Positions 27,078 through 45,008 are shown, numbered from the stretch's first letter. The stretch is 64,000 bases of DNA from Reyranella sp. (GCF_965229815.1 NZ_CBDDJN010000002.1:1741562-1805561); one strand, 5' to 3'. The notes: generated from the letters alone by a model not told the origin. Translations and numbers: made by a program.

Positions 27078-30000
27078 ATGGATGCTGACGATACTCCGGT
27101 CCGCGGACGCGCTGGCCGATCCAAGAAGAAGGCGGTGAAGTCGAAGGCCCACGCGGCCAAGGCACCGTCTGTCCTCTACTGTGTCCAGCGTGGCGCGGGT
27201 TCACAGTCGGCCGCGAAGCAATGGCCGAGCAGGATCGATGCCGCCGCCGATCTCGGCGCGGACCAGCTCTGCTTCAATCCGTTCCTGCTGAGCGGCGACG
27301 ATCCGATGCTGATCGCCGACTTCATGCGCGCCGATCCCGCGCTCGGCCTCGCGGGCTCGGCCGACGACGCCGTGCGCGAGCTGGCGGCCCTCTGCAAGAA
27401 GCGCGACATGGCGCTCTGCGTCGATCTCGTGCTCGATCGCGTGGCGCTGGATGGCGCCGCCATGGGACAGGTCGAGGGCCTTTTCCAGGCGCTTCACCAG
27501 AGCGAGATCATCGACCCGCGGCTCGACCCGTCGATCGCCCGCAGCGCCGTGCTGAGGCCAGGCTGCGTCGACGCGCTCGCCGCCTGGTGGGGCGAGCGTC
27601 TGGCGCGCCTCGTCGATGCCGGCGCCGCGAGCTTCCGCCTGCTCGGGCTCGAGCTGCTGCCGCCGGGTGCTGTCGCCGCCGTCGTCGCGGCGGCGCGCCG
27701 GCGCGCGACCTGCTCGTTCCTCGCCTGGACCCCGGGACTGTCGTGGATCCGGCATCGCGAGCTGGCGGCCGCCGGCGTCGACGCGGTGTTCGCCTCGACG
27801 GCGTGGTGGGACGGCATCGCCGACTGGTACGTCGAGGAGCTCGATTCGCTCTGCCGCACCGCGCCGGTGATCGGCACGGTGCAGCGCGCGCCCAGCGAGG
27901 TTTCCTCCGACATCGCCGCGCGCCGCCGGGCCCTGCAACTGGCAGCCGGCACGACCGATGGGCTGTTCCTGGCCGAAGGAATCGAGGCGGGGCTGGAGCC
28001 CGACTTCCGCGCGTCCATCGGCCGGCTGCGCGACAGAAGCTCGGATCGGCGCATGATGGCGGCGCGCCGGCTCACCGGCTCGGCGTCCCGTGTCACGGCG
28101 GTGGCACGGCTCGACGCCGTCGATCCCCGCAGCGCCTCGCTGGGCCGCGTCGTGCTGGTAAACACCGATGGCGAGCGGCGTCGGCCGGTGCCGGTCAGCC
28201 TCGATCCGATCGATCCCGCGGCCGGCGCCGTTCTCGGCGACCCGCGCCTGGCGGACGGCGGTATGGTCCCCGAATTCCTGGAGCCCGGCGAGGTGCTGAT
28301 GGTCGATGTGAAGCCGTGCCAGGCCGTGCGCGATCCCGAGGCTCCGCCGGTTTCGGCGGCAACGACGCTCTCGCCGGTGGTCATCGACCGCGTCGCCCCG
28401 AACGTCGGCGAGGGACTCGCGGTGCGGCGCGTCGTCGGCCGTTCCATCACGGTCGAGGCCGACATCTTCGCCGACGGCCACGACCTGCTGGCGGCCGAGC
28501 TCCTGTGGCGGGCCGTCGACGAGACGGAATGGCAGCGCGCGCCCATGGTGCCGCTGGCCAACGATCGCTGGCGCGGCAGCATGATCGGCCGCCGCGTCGG
28601 ACGGCACGTCTTCACCATCGAGGCGTGGCGCGACGACTACGGCTCGCTCGCACATGCGCTGGAGGTCAAGCACGCGGCCGGCGTCGACGTGTCGGTCGAC
28701 ATGGCCGACGCGGTCGCCCACCTGAAGGAACTGAAGCTCGACGGTCCGCTGAAGGCACTGGCCGCGGCGGAAGGCGAGGCGCGGGTCCACGTGCTCACAT
28801 CGGCGGAGACCCGCCGCGCGGTGGCCGCCCGCGACGCGCGCGTGCGCGCCTGCCGGCATCCCGAGATCATCATCGAGATCGAGCGTCCGCAGGCCGCCTT
28901 CGCCAGCTGGTACGAGCTCTTTCCCCGCTCGCTCGGCACCTTCGACGACGTGATCGCCCACCTGCCGCGGGTCCGCGAGATGGGCTTCGACGTCCTGTAC
29001 TTCCCGCCGATCCATCCGATCGGCACGACCAACCGGAAGGGCCGGAACAACGTCCTCAAGGCGGCACCGGGCGATCCCGGCAGCCCCTATGCGATCGGTG
29101 CGGCCGACGGCGGCCACGACGCGATCCACGCCGAGCTCGGCTCGCCCGAGGATTTCCGCCGCCTGGTCGCGGCCGCGGCCGCACAGGGGCTGGAGATCGC
29201 GCTGGACTTCGCGATCCAGTGCTCGCCCGACCATCCGTGGCTGAAGCAGCATCCGGGCTGGTTCAAGCGCCGCTCCGACGGCACGATCCGCTTCGCCGAG
29301 AATCCGCCCAAGAAGTACGAGGACATCGTCAACGTCGACTTCTACGCGGATGCGGCGGTGCCCGATCTGTGGCTCGCGCTGCGCGACGTGGTCCTGCACT
29401 GGATCGGCGAGGGCGTCCGCATCTTCCGCGTCGACAACCCTCACACCAAGCCGCTGCCCTTCTGGGAGTGGATGATCGCCGACGTGCGCCGGCAGCATCC
29501 CGAGGCGATCTTCCTCGCCGAGGCCTTCACGCGGCCGGCGATGATGTACCGGCTCGGAAAGATCGGCTTCTCGCAGTCCTACACCTACTTCACCTGGCGC
29601 AACTACAAGGGCGAGCTGACGGACTATCTGCGCGAGCTCGCGGCGCCCCCGGCGGCCGACTTCTACCGGCCGCACTTCTTCGTCAACACGCCCGACATCA
29701 ACCCGTACTTCCTGCAGAGCTCGGGCCGAGCAGGCTTCCTGATCCGGGCGGTGCTGGCGGCGACCCTCTCGGGCCTGTGGGGCGTCTACTCCGGGTTCGA
29801 GATCTGCGAGGCGGCGGCGCTGCCGGGGCGCGAGGAATATCTCGATTCGGAGAAGTACGAGGCGCGGCGCCGCGACTTCGCCCAGTCCGGCAACATCGTC
29901 GGCGAGATCACCATGCTCAACCGCCTTCGACGCCTGCATCCGGCGCTGCAGAGCCATCTCGGCGTCACCTTCTACAATGCCTTCAACGACCAGGTGTTGG

Positions 30001-30256
30001 TCTACGGCAAGGCAACGCCAGGCAGCGAGCGGCAGGACATGATCCTGGTGGCCGTCAGCCTCGATCCGCACAATGCGCAGGAAGCCGATTTCGAGGTTCC
30101 CCTGTGGGAGTGGCAGATGCCCGATGACGGAACGGTCGAGGTCGAGGACCTGGTGCACGGCAACCGCTTTTCCTGGCACGGCAAGGTCCAGCACATCCGG
30201 CTCGACCCGGGGATGCCCTTCGCCATCTTCCGCCTCGCCCCTCCCGGAGCCCTGTG

Positions 30257-30257
<1 letters not shown>
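27078..30257 (+). CDS. glgE: Alpha-1,4-glucan:maltose-1-phosphate maltosyltransferase with long N-terminal extension
   Basis: C-terminal half has DUF3416 plus GH13_3 motifs WYELFPRS, FPPIHPIG, FRVDNPH, LAEAF and NTPDI. An extra N-terminal region of about 430 aa precedes them. Confidence 0.92.
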
Positions 30258-33543
<3,286 letters not shown>

Positions 33544-33547
<4 letters not shown>

Positions 33548-35736
33548 GCGACATGACGCCCCCCCGGCTCGATCGCGGCGAGGTCGAGGCGCTGATGACG
33601 GCGCGCCACCGCGATTCCTTCAGCGTGCTGGGACCGCACGACGGCCCCGACGGCCGCATGATCCGCGCCTATCTGCCCGGCGCACGGCTCGTCGAGGTGC
33701 TGCGGCGCGGCGACGGGGCGAGCCTCGGCAGGCTGGCGGAAGTCGAACCCGGCCTGTTCGAGGGACCGGTGGCCGATGCCTCGCCCTACCGGCTGCGCGT
33801 CGAGTGGCCGGGGGCCGTGCAGGAGACGGAGGATCCCTATTCGTTCGGCCCGCTGCTGGGCGAGCTCGACCTTCACCTGTTCAACGAGGGGCGGCACTTC
33901 GACCTTGCCAGCGCGCTCGGCGCCAACGTCGCCACGATCGACGGCGTGACCGGCGTGCGCTTCGCGGTGTGGGCGCCCAATGCCGAGCGAGTCGCGGTGG
34001 TCGGGGACTTCAATTCGTGGGACGCCCGCCGCAATCCGATGCGCCTGCGCTATCCCTCCGGCATCTGGGAGCTGTTCGTGCCGCGGATCGGCGCGGGCGT
34101 GCGCTACAAGTTCGACATCATGGGGCCCGGCGGCGTGCGCCAGACCGAGAAGGCCGATCCGGTCGCCCAGCAGGCCGAGATGGCGCCCGGCACGGCCTCG
34201 GTGGTGGCGTCGCCGCGCGGCTTCCAGTGGACCGACGAGGCATGGATGGCGGGGCGGGGGCGGCGCCAGGCGCCCGACGCGCCGATCTCGATCTACGAGG
34301 TCCATATCGGCTCTTGGCTGCGCCAGAACGAGGCCGCCCACGGCTCGCTGTGGGACCTCGCGACCGAGCGCCTTATCCCCTATGTCCGCCAGCTCGGCTT
34401 CACCCATGTCGAGCTGCTGCCGGTCACCGAGCATCCATTCGGCGGCTCGTGGGGCTACCAGCCGCTCGGCCTGTTCGCGCCCTCGGCGCGCTACGGCTCG
34501 CCGGAATCGTTCGCGCGGTTCGTCGACGCGCTGCATGCCAACGGCATCGCCCTGCTGCTCGACTGGGTGCCGGCCCACTTCCCCACCGATCCGCACGGGC
34601 TCGCCCGTTTTGACGGCACGGCGCTATACGAGCATCTCGACCCGCGCGAAGGCTTCCATCGCGACTGGAACACCTTCATCTACAATTTCGGTCGGCGCGA
34701 GGTGCAGGGCTTCCTGATCGCGAGCGCGCTCCACTGGCTCGAGCGCTTCCACGTCGACGGCCTGCGGGTCGACGCCGTGGCCTCGATGCTCTACCGCGAC
34801 TACAGCCGCCCGGCCGACGGCTGGGTCCCCAACGTCTATGGCGGTCGCGAGAATCTCGAGGCGGTGGGCTTCCTGCGCCATCTCAATGCCGTGGTCGGCG
34901 AACGCTGCCCCGGCGCCATCGTCGTGGCCGAGGAATCGACGGCCTGGCCGGGAGTGACGGCGTTGCAGCCGGACGGGCTCGGCTTCTCGTACAAGTGGAA
35001 CATGGGCTGGATGCACGACACGCTCCACTACATGGAACGCGAGCCGGTCTATCGCGCCTACCACCACGACGGCATGACGTTCGGCCTGGTCTATGCGTTC
35101 TCCGAGAAGTTCATCCTCCCGATCTCTCACGACGAGGTCGTGCACGGAAAAGGCTCGCTGCTCGGCAAGATGCCGGGCGACCGCTGGCAGAAGTTCGCCA
35201 ACCTGCGCGCCTATCTCGGCTTCATGTGGACGCATCCGGGCAAGAAGCTGCTCTTCATGGGCTGCGAGATCGCCCAGCCCCAGGAGTGGAACCACGATGC
35301 CGAGATCGCCTGGCCGCTGCTCGAGGATCCGGCCCATGCCGGCATGCAGCGGCTGGTCGGCGACCTCAATCGCCTCTATGCCGACGAGAAGGCGCTGCAC
35401 CGACGCGACGCCGTGCCCGAGGGCTTCCGCTGGCTGATCGGCGACGATCGCGCAAACTCGGTCTTCGCCTACCTGCGCCTCGGCGAGGAGGGGGATCCGC
35501 CCATTCTGGTCGTCTGCAACATGACGCCGGTACCGCGCCACGGCTACCGGATCGGCGTGCCGAAGCCGGGCCGCTGGCGCGAGGTCGGCAACACCGATTC
35601 GCGCTTCTACGGCGGCAGCGACATGGGGAACGGCGGCGGCGCCGAGAGCCTCGACGAGCCCGCGCACGGCCACGCCCAGTCGCTCCTGCTGACCCTGCCG
35701 CCCCTCTCGACGATCATGCTGAAGGCGGAGACCTGA
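33544..35736 (+). CDS. glgB: 1,4-alpha-glucan branching enzyme
   Basis: [29 protein letters not shown] and [12 protein letters not shown]. Confidence 0.96.
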
Positions 35737-35738
35737 CG

Positions 35739-37849
<2,111 letters not shown>

Positions 37850-37853
<4 letters not shown>

Positions 37854-39616
37854 CCCGCTTCGCGCGCGACCTGCCCTTCGGCGCGACGGTGCTGGCGCCT
37901 GACCGCACGCGGTTCCGGCTGTGGGCACCGGCCCAGAGCCGGGTCGTTCTCGACATCGAGGGACGCGAGCCGATCGCCATGGCCGGCGACGGCGCCGGCT
38001 GGTTCGAGGCCGAGGCAGCGTGCGGGGCGGGGGCCCGCTACCGCTTCCGGCTGGAGGACGGGCTGGCCGTTCCGGATCCGGCGGCGCGGGCGCAGGACAT
38101 CGACGTCCACGACCCCAGCCTGGTCGTCGATCCCGCTTCCTATACCTGGCGGAACCCGCACTGGCGCGGGCGTCCCTGGCCCCAGACGGTGCTTTACGAG
38201 CTGCATCCCGGCGCGATGGGCGGCTTCGCCGGGATCGAGGCTCGTCTGCCGGAGCTGGCCGACCTCGGCGTCACGGCGGTGGAGCTGATGCCGATCGCGG
38301 ACTTCCCCGGAAAAAGGAACTGGGGCTACGACGGGGTGCTGCCGTTCGCGCCGGACCGCGCCTACGGCACGCCCGACGCGCTGAAGTCGCTGATCGACAC
38401 CGCCCACGGGCTCGGCCTGATGGTCTTCCTCGATGTCGTCTACAATCACTTCGGACCGGACGGGAACTACCTCTCGGCCTACGCCCCGGCCTTCTTCCGC
38501 GACGACGTACCGACCCCGTGGGGCACGGCGATCGACTTCCGCCGGCCCGAGGTACGGCGGTTCTTCACCGAGAACGCGCTGTACTGGCTGATGGAGTACC
38601 GCTTCGACGGCCTGCGGCTGGACGCCGTGCATGCCATCGCCACGCCCGACTGGCTGGACGAGATGGCGGCGACGGTGCGCGGCACGGTCGAGCCCGGCCG
38701 CGAGGTCCATCTCGTGCTGGAGCACGACGCCAACATCGCCGATCATCTGCGCGGCGACTTCGACGCCCAGTGGAACGACGACGCCCACCATGTGCTGCAT
38801 GTGCTGCTGACCGGCGAGAGCGACGGCTACTATTCCGACTATGCCGACCGGCCGGCCGAGCGGCTGGCGCGCTGCCTCGCCGAGGGCTTCGTCTATCAGG
38901 GCGAGGCGTCGGCCTACCGCAAGGGCGAGCATCGCGGCACGCCCAGCGCGGACCTGCCGCCAACGACCTTCGTGCTGTTCCTGCAGAACCACGACCAGAT
39001 CGGCAACCGGCCGTTCGGCGACCGGCTCGCCGCCTCGGTCGATCCGCAGGCGCTGGAGGCGGCCGTGGCCTTGCAGCTCCTCTGCCCGCAGATCCCGCTG
39101 ATCTTCATGGGCGAGGAGGGGGCGAGCCGCACGCCGTTCCTCTATTTCACCGATCATCACGGCGCGCTCGCCGACGCGGTGCGCGAGGGACGGCGCCGCG
39201 AGTTCGCGGGCTTCACCGGCTTCCGCGCGGGAGAGGGGACGGCCGCCATTCCCGATCCCAATGCCGCCGCAACCTTCGAGGACAGCCGGCCGGTTGCCGC
39301 AGACGAAGGCCGCCGGACGCTCTACCGCCGGCTGCTCGCGCTGCGCGCCGAGCGGATCGTGCCGGGCCTCGCCGGTGCGCGGTCGCTGGGCGCCTCGGCC
39401 TGCGGGCCAGCGGCGGTCGCGGCCGGCTGGCGGCTGGGCGATGGCGCCGTGCTGACGCTGCTGACCAATCTCGGGACGGCGCCGTGCAGCGTGCCTCCTC
39501 CCGAAGGCGAGTTGCTGTTCGAGTCGCGCGCCGGTCTCGGCGCGGCGGCGGCGCAGGGAAGCCTCGGGCCGAGGGCGACGGTCGCCTTCCTGCGGCCGCG
39601 GGCCGAGCCGGCATGA
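37850..39616 (+). CDS. treZ: Malto-oligosyltrehalose trehalohydrolase
   Basis: FRLWAP, RNWGYDGV, DVVYNHFGPDGNYL, GLRLDAVH and QNHDQIGNR. Confidence 0.95.
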
Positions 39617-41493
39617 GGGAAGAGGACGTCCTCGACCGCGCGCGCGAGGTCGGCATCGCCGTCGACTGGACCGACGTCGCCGGCCGCCAGCAGCGCGTGC
39701 CGACCGAGGTCCTGCGCCGGCTGCTCGACGCAATCGGCGACACCGCGCGGCCAGCCGGCGTGCCGCCGCTGGTCACGGCGCGCGTCGGCCAACGCATCGT
39801 CCTGCCCGACGACGCCGTTCTTGCCACCGACCGGCCGGCCGAGCTGGCGCTCGAGCAGGGCGACGTGAAGGCGCTGCGCCTGCGCGACGGCGCACTGCCG
39901 GGCATCGCCACGCCGGGCTATCACCGCCTGCGCTTCGGCGATCGGGAGATCGTCTTCGCGGTGGCGCCGCGGCGCTGCGTGACGGTGCAGGACGTCGCCG
40001 GGGGACGGCGCCTCTGGGGCGTGGCGGCGCAGATCTACGGCCTGCGGCGGCCGGGCGACGGCGGCATCGGCGATGCCGGCGCGGTGCGCGACCTTGCCGA
40101 GGCGGCGGCGCGCCACGGCGCGGATGCCGTGGCGCTCAGCCCCGTGCACAGCCTCTTCCCGCACGAGCCGCACCGGTCGAGCCCCTATTCGCCGTCCAGC
40201 CGGCTGTTCATGAACCCGCTCTACGCCGACCCGCGCGTCGTCGCCGAGCTCGAGGGGGAGACCGGCGAGGTGCCGGTGGCCGACCTCATCGATTGGACCG
40301 ATGCCGGCGCGGCCAAGTTCGCGCATCTGCGCCGCCTGTTCGCGCATTTCGACGCCGGGCACACGGCGCTGGCGGCCGAGTTCGAGCGCTTCGTCGAGCA
40401 GGGCGGCGAGATCCTGCGCCAGCATGCGCAGTTCGAGGCCGAGCAGGCGGGGCCGGCGGCGGCCGGCGGCGAGCGCTACCATCTCTTCCTGCAGTGGATC
40501 ACGGCGCGGTCCTTCGCCGCCGCCCAGCAGGGCGCGCGGGACGCCGGCATGCGCATCGGCCTGATCAGCGACCTCGCGATCGGCATGGACCGCGCCGGCA
40601 GCCACGCCTGGTCGCGCCGCTCGGACCTGCTGCTCGGCCTGTCGATCGGCGCGCCGCCCGACCTGTTCAGCCCGGAAGGCCAGGATTGGGGCCTGACCGG
40701 CTTCTCGCCGGGCGCCCTGGTGGCCCACGGCTTCGAGCCGTTCCTGGCGACGCTGCGGGCGGCGCTGGCCCATGCCGGCGGCGTGCGCATCGACCACATC
40801 ATGGGCCTGATGCGCCTGTGGCTGATCCCGCTCGGCCGGCCGGCGGCGGAGGGGGCCTATCTCGCCTATCCGTTCGAGGACCTGCTGCGGCTGCTGGCGC
40901 TCGAATCCCATCGCCATCGCGCCGTCGTGATCGGCGAGGACCTCGGCACGGTGCCGCCGGGCTTCCGCGCCCATCTGCGCCGCGCCGGCATCTCCGGCAT
41001 GGACGTTATGTGGTTCGAGCGCACGCGGCTCAGCTTCCGCCGGTCGTCGCGCTGGCGGGCCGACGCCGTCGCCATGACCACGACGCACGACCTGCCGACC
41101 GTCGCCGGCTGGTGGAGCGGCGAGGACATCCGGACGCGCCGCGCCCTCGGCATGGCCGCCGAAGCGCCGGACGAGCGGGCGCGCGACCGCAGCCGCCTGT
41201 GGCGCGCCTTCGCCGCCGCCGGTGTCGGCGGGGCGACGCCGCCGCCTGAGGACCGGCCCGCCGCGGCCGTCGATGCGGCGCTCGCCTATGTCGCGCAGTC
41301 GCCCGCGGCGCTGATGCTGGCGCCGCTCGAGGATCTGCTCGGCCTCAGCGAGCAGCCGAACCTGCCGGGCACGATCGACGAGCATCCCAACTGGCGCCGC
41401 CGCCTGCAGCCGATGGCGCGCGACATCTTCGCCGCGCCCGAGGTCGCGGCGCGCGCCGATCTGATCAACCGCCATCGCGGAGGTGCCTCGTGA
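39613..41493 (+). CDS. malQ: 4-alpha-glucanotransferase (amylomaltase, GH77)
   Basis: SPYSPSSR, DLAIG, GAPPD, VRIDHIMG, IGEDLG, TTHDLPT and NLPGT..HPNW. Confidence 0.93.
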   Translation: MREEDVLDRAREVGIAVDWTDVAGRQQRVPTEVLRRLLDAIGDTARPAGVPPLVTARVGQRIVLPDDAVLATDRPAELALEQGDVKALRLRDGALPGIATPGYHRLRFGDREIVFAVAPRRCVTVQDVAGGRRLWGVAAQIYGLRRPGDGGIGDAGAVRDLAEAAARHGADAVALSPVHSLFPHEPHRSSPYSPSSRLFMNPLYADPRVVAELEGETGEVPVADLIDWTDAGAAKFAHLRRLFAHFDAGHTALAAEFERFVEQGGEILRQHAQFEAEQAGPAAAGGERYHLFLQWITARSFAAAQQGARDAGMRIGLISDLAIGMDRAGSHAWSRRSDLLLGLSIGAPPDLFSPEGQDWGLTGFSPGALVAHGFEPFLATLRAALAHAGGVRIDHIMGLMRLWLIPLGRPAAEGAYLAYPFEDLLRLLALESHRHRAVVIGEDLGTVPPGFRAHLRRAGISGMDVMWFERTRLSFRRSSRWRADAVAMTTTHDLPTVAGWWSGEDIRTRRALGMAAEAPDERARDRSRLWRAFAAAGVGGATPPPEDRPAAAVDAALAYVAQSPAALMLAPLEDLLGLSEQPNLPGTIDEHPNWRRRLQPMARDIFAAPEVAARADLINRHRGGAS

Positions 41494-43898
41494 CGCCGCG
41501 CGCGACGCTGCGGCTCCAGTTCCATCGCGGCTTCACCTTCGCCGACGCGCGCGCGCTCGTTCCCTACTTCGCGCGACTGGGCGTCAGCCATCTCTATGCC
41601 TCGCCGATCGCGACGGCGCGGGCAGGATCCACGCACGGCTACGACGTGGTCGACGCCACGACCGTCAATCCCGAGCTGGGCGGCGAGGCGGAGCTGCGAG
41701 CGCTCCGGACGGCGCTCGACCGCGAAGGAATGGGCCTCGTCCTCGACATCGTGCCCAACCACATGGCGGCCGATCCGGCCAATGCCTGGTGGGCCGACGT
41801 GCTGCGCCGCGGCCGGGCGAGCCGCTATGCGCGGTACTTCGACATCGACTGGGAGGCCGACGACAAGGTCCTGCTGCCCATTCTCGGGAAGCCGCTCGAC
41901 GAGGTCCTGGCGGCCGGCGAGCTGGTGCGCGACGGCGACGTCTTCCGCTACTTCACGCATCGCCTTCCCGCCGCGGAGGGCGGCGTCGAGGACCAGCACT
42001 GGCGGCTCGCCTGGTGGCGCAGCGCCGGCGATCGCATCAACTGGCGGCGCTTCTTCGACATCAACGAGCTGGTCTGCCTGCGCATGGAGGAGCCCGAGAC
42101 CTTCGAGGCCGTGCACGCCCTGCCGCTGCGCCTGCACGCCGAAGGCATCGTCGACGGGCTGCGCATCGACCATGTCGATGGGCTCACCGATCCGGCCGCC
42201 TACTGCCGCGCGCTGCGCCGGCGCCTCAAGCCCGGCGCCTGGCTGGTGGTCGAGAAGATCCTGCTTCGCGGCGAGCAGCTTCCCGCCGACTGGGGCTGCG
42301 ACGGCACGACCGGCTACGATTTCATGGACGAGGTCGACGCGCTGCAGCACGACCCGGCCGGCGCGGCGCCGCTCGCCGCCGGCTGGGCGCGGCTGAGCGG
42401 CCGTCCCGCCGACTTCGCCGTCGAGGAGGAGCAGGCGCGGCACGAGGTCGTGGCCCGCAGCTTCGGCGCCCAGCTCGACGCCTGCGCGCGGGCCTTCGCC
42501 GGCGGCGAACTGGCGCCACCTGCCCTGCGCCGCGTCCTCGCGGGCCTGCTGGCGCACTTTCCCGTCTATCGCACCTACGGGGTCGACGGCATCCTGTCGG
42601 CGGCCGATCGCGCCGTGCTGGCGCGCGCGGCGGAGGGGGCGCAGCGCGACGCGCTGGCGGTCGACCGCTGGGCGGTCGATGCCCTGGTTGCCCGGTTCGA
42701 GGAGCCCGGCCGCGCCCGCGCGGTGGCACGCTTCCAGCAGTTGAGCGCGCCGGTCGCGGCCAAGGCGGTCGAGGACACGGCCTTCTATCGCTACGGCCGG
42801 CTCCTGTCGCGCAACGACGTCGGCTTCGACGTCGAGACCTTCGCGCTCGACGCCGGTGCCTTCCACGCCCGCATGCGGCGCCGCGCCGAGACGCTGCCGC
42901 GCGCCATGCTGACCACGGCCACGCACGACCACAAGCGCGGCGAGGACGTGCGGGCACGGTTGGCCGTCCTGAGCGGGATGGCGACCGAATGGGTGGGGCT
43001 GCAGGAACGCTGGGTCGCCGTGGCGCGCGCGCTGGCGCCGGGCGGCGCGCCGTTCGACGGCGACATCGCCATGCTGCTGCAGACGATCGTCGGCGCCTGG
43101 CCGTTCGATCTCGAGCGCGGCGACGCGGCCGGCCGGCAGGCCTTCGCCGAACGGCTCGTCGCCTGGCAGGAGAAGGCGCTGCGCGAGGCCAAGCTCGCGA
43201 GCGACTGGGCGGCAGTCGACGAGGGCTACGAGACCGCGGCGCGGACCCTGATCGGGGCGCTGGTCGCCGAGGACCGGTCGCCGGCGCTGCTCGACGAGAT
43301 CGTCGCCCTGGTGCGGCGCATCGCGCCGCCGGGCGCGCTGAACGGGCTGACGCAGGCCCTGCTGCGTCTCACCGTGCCCGGCATCCCCGACCTCTACCAG
43401 GGCACGGAACTGTGGGATCTGAGCCTGGTCGATCCGGACAACCGTCGGCCGGTCGACTGGCGCCGCCGCTCCGCGGGTCTCTCGGACGCACCGTTCGCCG
43501 AGCTGCTGGGCCGCTGGCGCGACGGTCGCGCGAAGCAGGCGCTGGTGGCACGGCTCCTCGACCTGCGCCGGAGGTTGCCGTCCCTGTTCGAAAGCGGCGA
43601 CTACCGGCCGGTGACGGTGGAGGGTGCGGCGGCCGGCGAGATCCTCGCCTTCTGCCGCCGCCACGGCGGGGCGTGGTTGCTGGTCGTGGTCCCGCATCTC
43701 GCCGACCGCCTGCCGCTCGACGGCGAGGCGCTGACGCTCATTCCCGGCGGCTGGCGCGACACCGCGATCGTGCTGGAGGATGCGCCGGCGCAGGCGTCGT
43801 GCGTCCTGGGAAAGCGGACGGTCGCGCTCGCCGGTCCGCTTGTGCCGCTTGCCGATATCTGCGGCGACCTGCCGTTCGCGGTGCTGAGCGTGTCCTGA
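41490..43898 (+). CDS. treY: Malto-oligosyltrehalose synthase
   Basis: TPRATLRLQF, GSTHGYDV, DIVPNHM, GLRIDHVDGL, VEKIL and PDLYQG.E.WD.SLVDPDNRRPVD. Confidence 0.95.
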   Translation: MTPRATLRLQFHRGFTFADARALVPYFARLGVSHLYASPIATARAGSTHGYDVVDATTVNPELGGEAELRALRTALDREGMGLVLDIVPNHMAADPANAWWADVLRRGRASRYARYFDIDWEADDKVLLPILGKPLDEVLAAGELVRDGDVFRYFTHRLPAAEGGVEDQHWRLAWWRSAGDRINWRRFFDINELVCLRMEEPETFEAVHALPLRLHAEGIVDGLRIDHVDGLTDPAAYCRALRRRLKPGAWLVVEKILLRGEQLPADWGCDGTTGYDFMDEVDALQHDPAGAAPLAAGWARLSGRPADFAVEEEQARHEVVARSFGAQLDACARAFAGGELAPPALRRVLAGLLAHFPVYRTYGVDGILSAADRAVLARAAEGAQRDALAVDRWAVDALVARFEEPGRARAVARFQQLSAPVAAKAVEDTAFYRYGRLLSRNDVGFDVETFALDAGAFHARMRRRAETLPRAMLTTATHDHKRGEDVRARLAVLSGMATEWVGLQERWVAVARALAPGGAPFDGDIAMLLQTIVGAWPFDLERGDAAGRQAFAERLVAWQEKALREAKLASDWAAVDEGYETAARTLIGALVAEDRSPALLDEIVALVRRIAPPGALNGLTQALLRLTVPGIPDLYQGTELWDLSLVDPDNRRPVDWRRRSAGLSDAPFAELLGRWRDGRAKQALVARLLDLRRRLPSLFESGDYRPVTVEGAAAGEILAFCRRHGGAWLLVVVPHLADRLPLDGEALTLIPGGWRDTAIVLEDAPAQASCVLGKRTVALAGPLVPLADICGDLPFAVLSVS

Positions 43899-43918
43899 CC
43901 TGATCGGCCGCGGCGCCG

Positions 43919-44986
43919 TCAGCGATGGCGCTGCCGGCGATAGTGGTCGGCCAGCGCGTCGCCGCCGAAGTCGGCGCCGAGGTCGCGCCACACCGAGTGG
44001 ATGTGGTTGGCGTCGTTCTGCGTGTTGTCGTGCTCGATCAGCGTCGCCGACCCCTGGATGCGGAAATAATGGGCCTCGCCGGGCTGCAGCGACCCCGCCC
44101 AGGCGAAGCGGAAGGTCTCGAGCCCCTGCTGCATCACGCGCTGCTTCTGCGCGGCCACGAGGTCGGGCGTCAGGGTGGCGAGGAAACGGTCGAGCAGCGC
44201 CTCGACCCGACGGCGGGCATCGGCCGGCATGGCCGAGAGTGCGAGGCCGCGCGGCGCGCCGAGATCGCGCTCGCGCTGCGGGCGGGCGACGATCTCGCCG
44301 AACGAGCGGTCGGCGATCAGCGCGGCGCGCCGCTCGGCGTCCGGCAGGCCGGTCATGATCTGCCGCGCAAGGTCCTCCGAGGCGCCGAGCAGCCGGAAGC
44401 CGCGATGGGGGCCGCTGCGGACGGTCGCGGGATGGGCGCCGACGAAGTACGGGGTGACGGCGACCTCGCCGGGCGCCGGCAGCGCCACGTTCAGCGACAG
44501 GTGATGCCCCTCGAAGCGCCAGCCCCAGGGCAGCGTGCCCGGCGTGCCGAAGATCGACAGGAAGTAGCGGTCGGGATCGCGGAAGCTGCCCTGGCTCTCG
44601 CGCAGCACGCCCTCCAGCAGCCGCACGCCGTCGAGCAGCTCGAGCCCGCGCTCGTTCAGCACCGAGGCGAACAGCCGGCGCGCGGCCGCGGCCTGGGCTG
44701 CCGTCATCTCGGCGAGGCTCAGCCCGGAACGGCTGCGCGGAATATAGTGCCAGTCGAGGCGGTTGGCCGACGCGTAGGCGATCAGGACCTTGCGACGCTG
44801 GCCCTCGTCCAGTCCGGCGAGGAAGGCCGCCGCCTGGTCGGCGATGCGGCGAGCGGCATCCGCGCCCTGCGCGGAGGCGCCGCCGAACGGCAGCATCGTC
44901 GCCGCCGCCAGCACGAGCCGCCGCGTCGGCGGATCGTGCCTGTGGGGGGAGGGATGATCGTGCGGGTGCCAGCCGTCGTGCGGCAC
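43919..44986 (-). CDS. DUF3500-family protein with His-rich N-terminus and probable Tat signal
   Basis: WHYIPR.R.GL, WGWRFEGHHLSLN and IEHDNTQNDANHIHSVWRD..DFG, as recalled for DUF3500. Confidence 0.8.
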   Translation of the reverse strand: MPHDGWHPHDHPSPHRHDPPTRRLVLAAATMLPFGGASAQGADAARRIADQAAAFLAGLDEGQRRKVLIAYASANRLDWHYIPRSRSGLSLAEMTAAQAAAARRLFASVLNERGLELLDGVRLLEGVLRESQGSFRDPDRYFLSIFGTPGTLPWGWRFEGHHLSLNVALPAPGEVAVTPYFVGAHPATVRSGPHRGFRLLGASEDLARQIMTGLPDAERRAALIADRSFGEIVARPQRERDLGAPRGLALSAMPADARRRVEALLDRFLATLTPDLVAAQKQRVMQQGLETFRFAWAGSLQPGEAHYFRIQGSATLIEHDNTQNDANHIHSVWRDLGADFGGDALADHYRRQRHR

Positions 44987-45008
44987 GGCAGGACCGCGCG
45001 GTCCGGGC

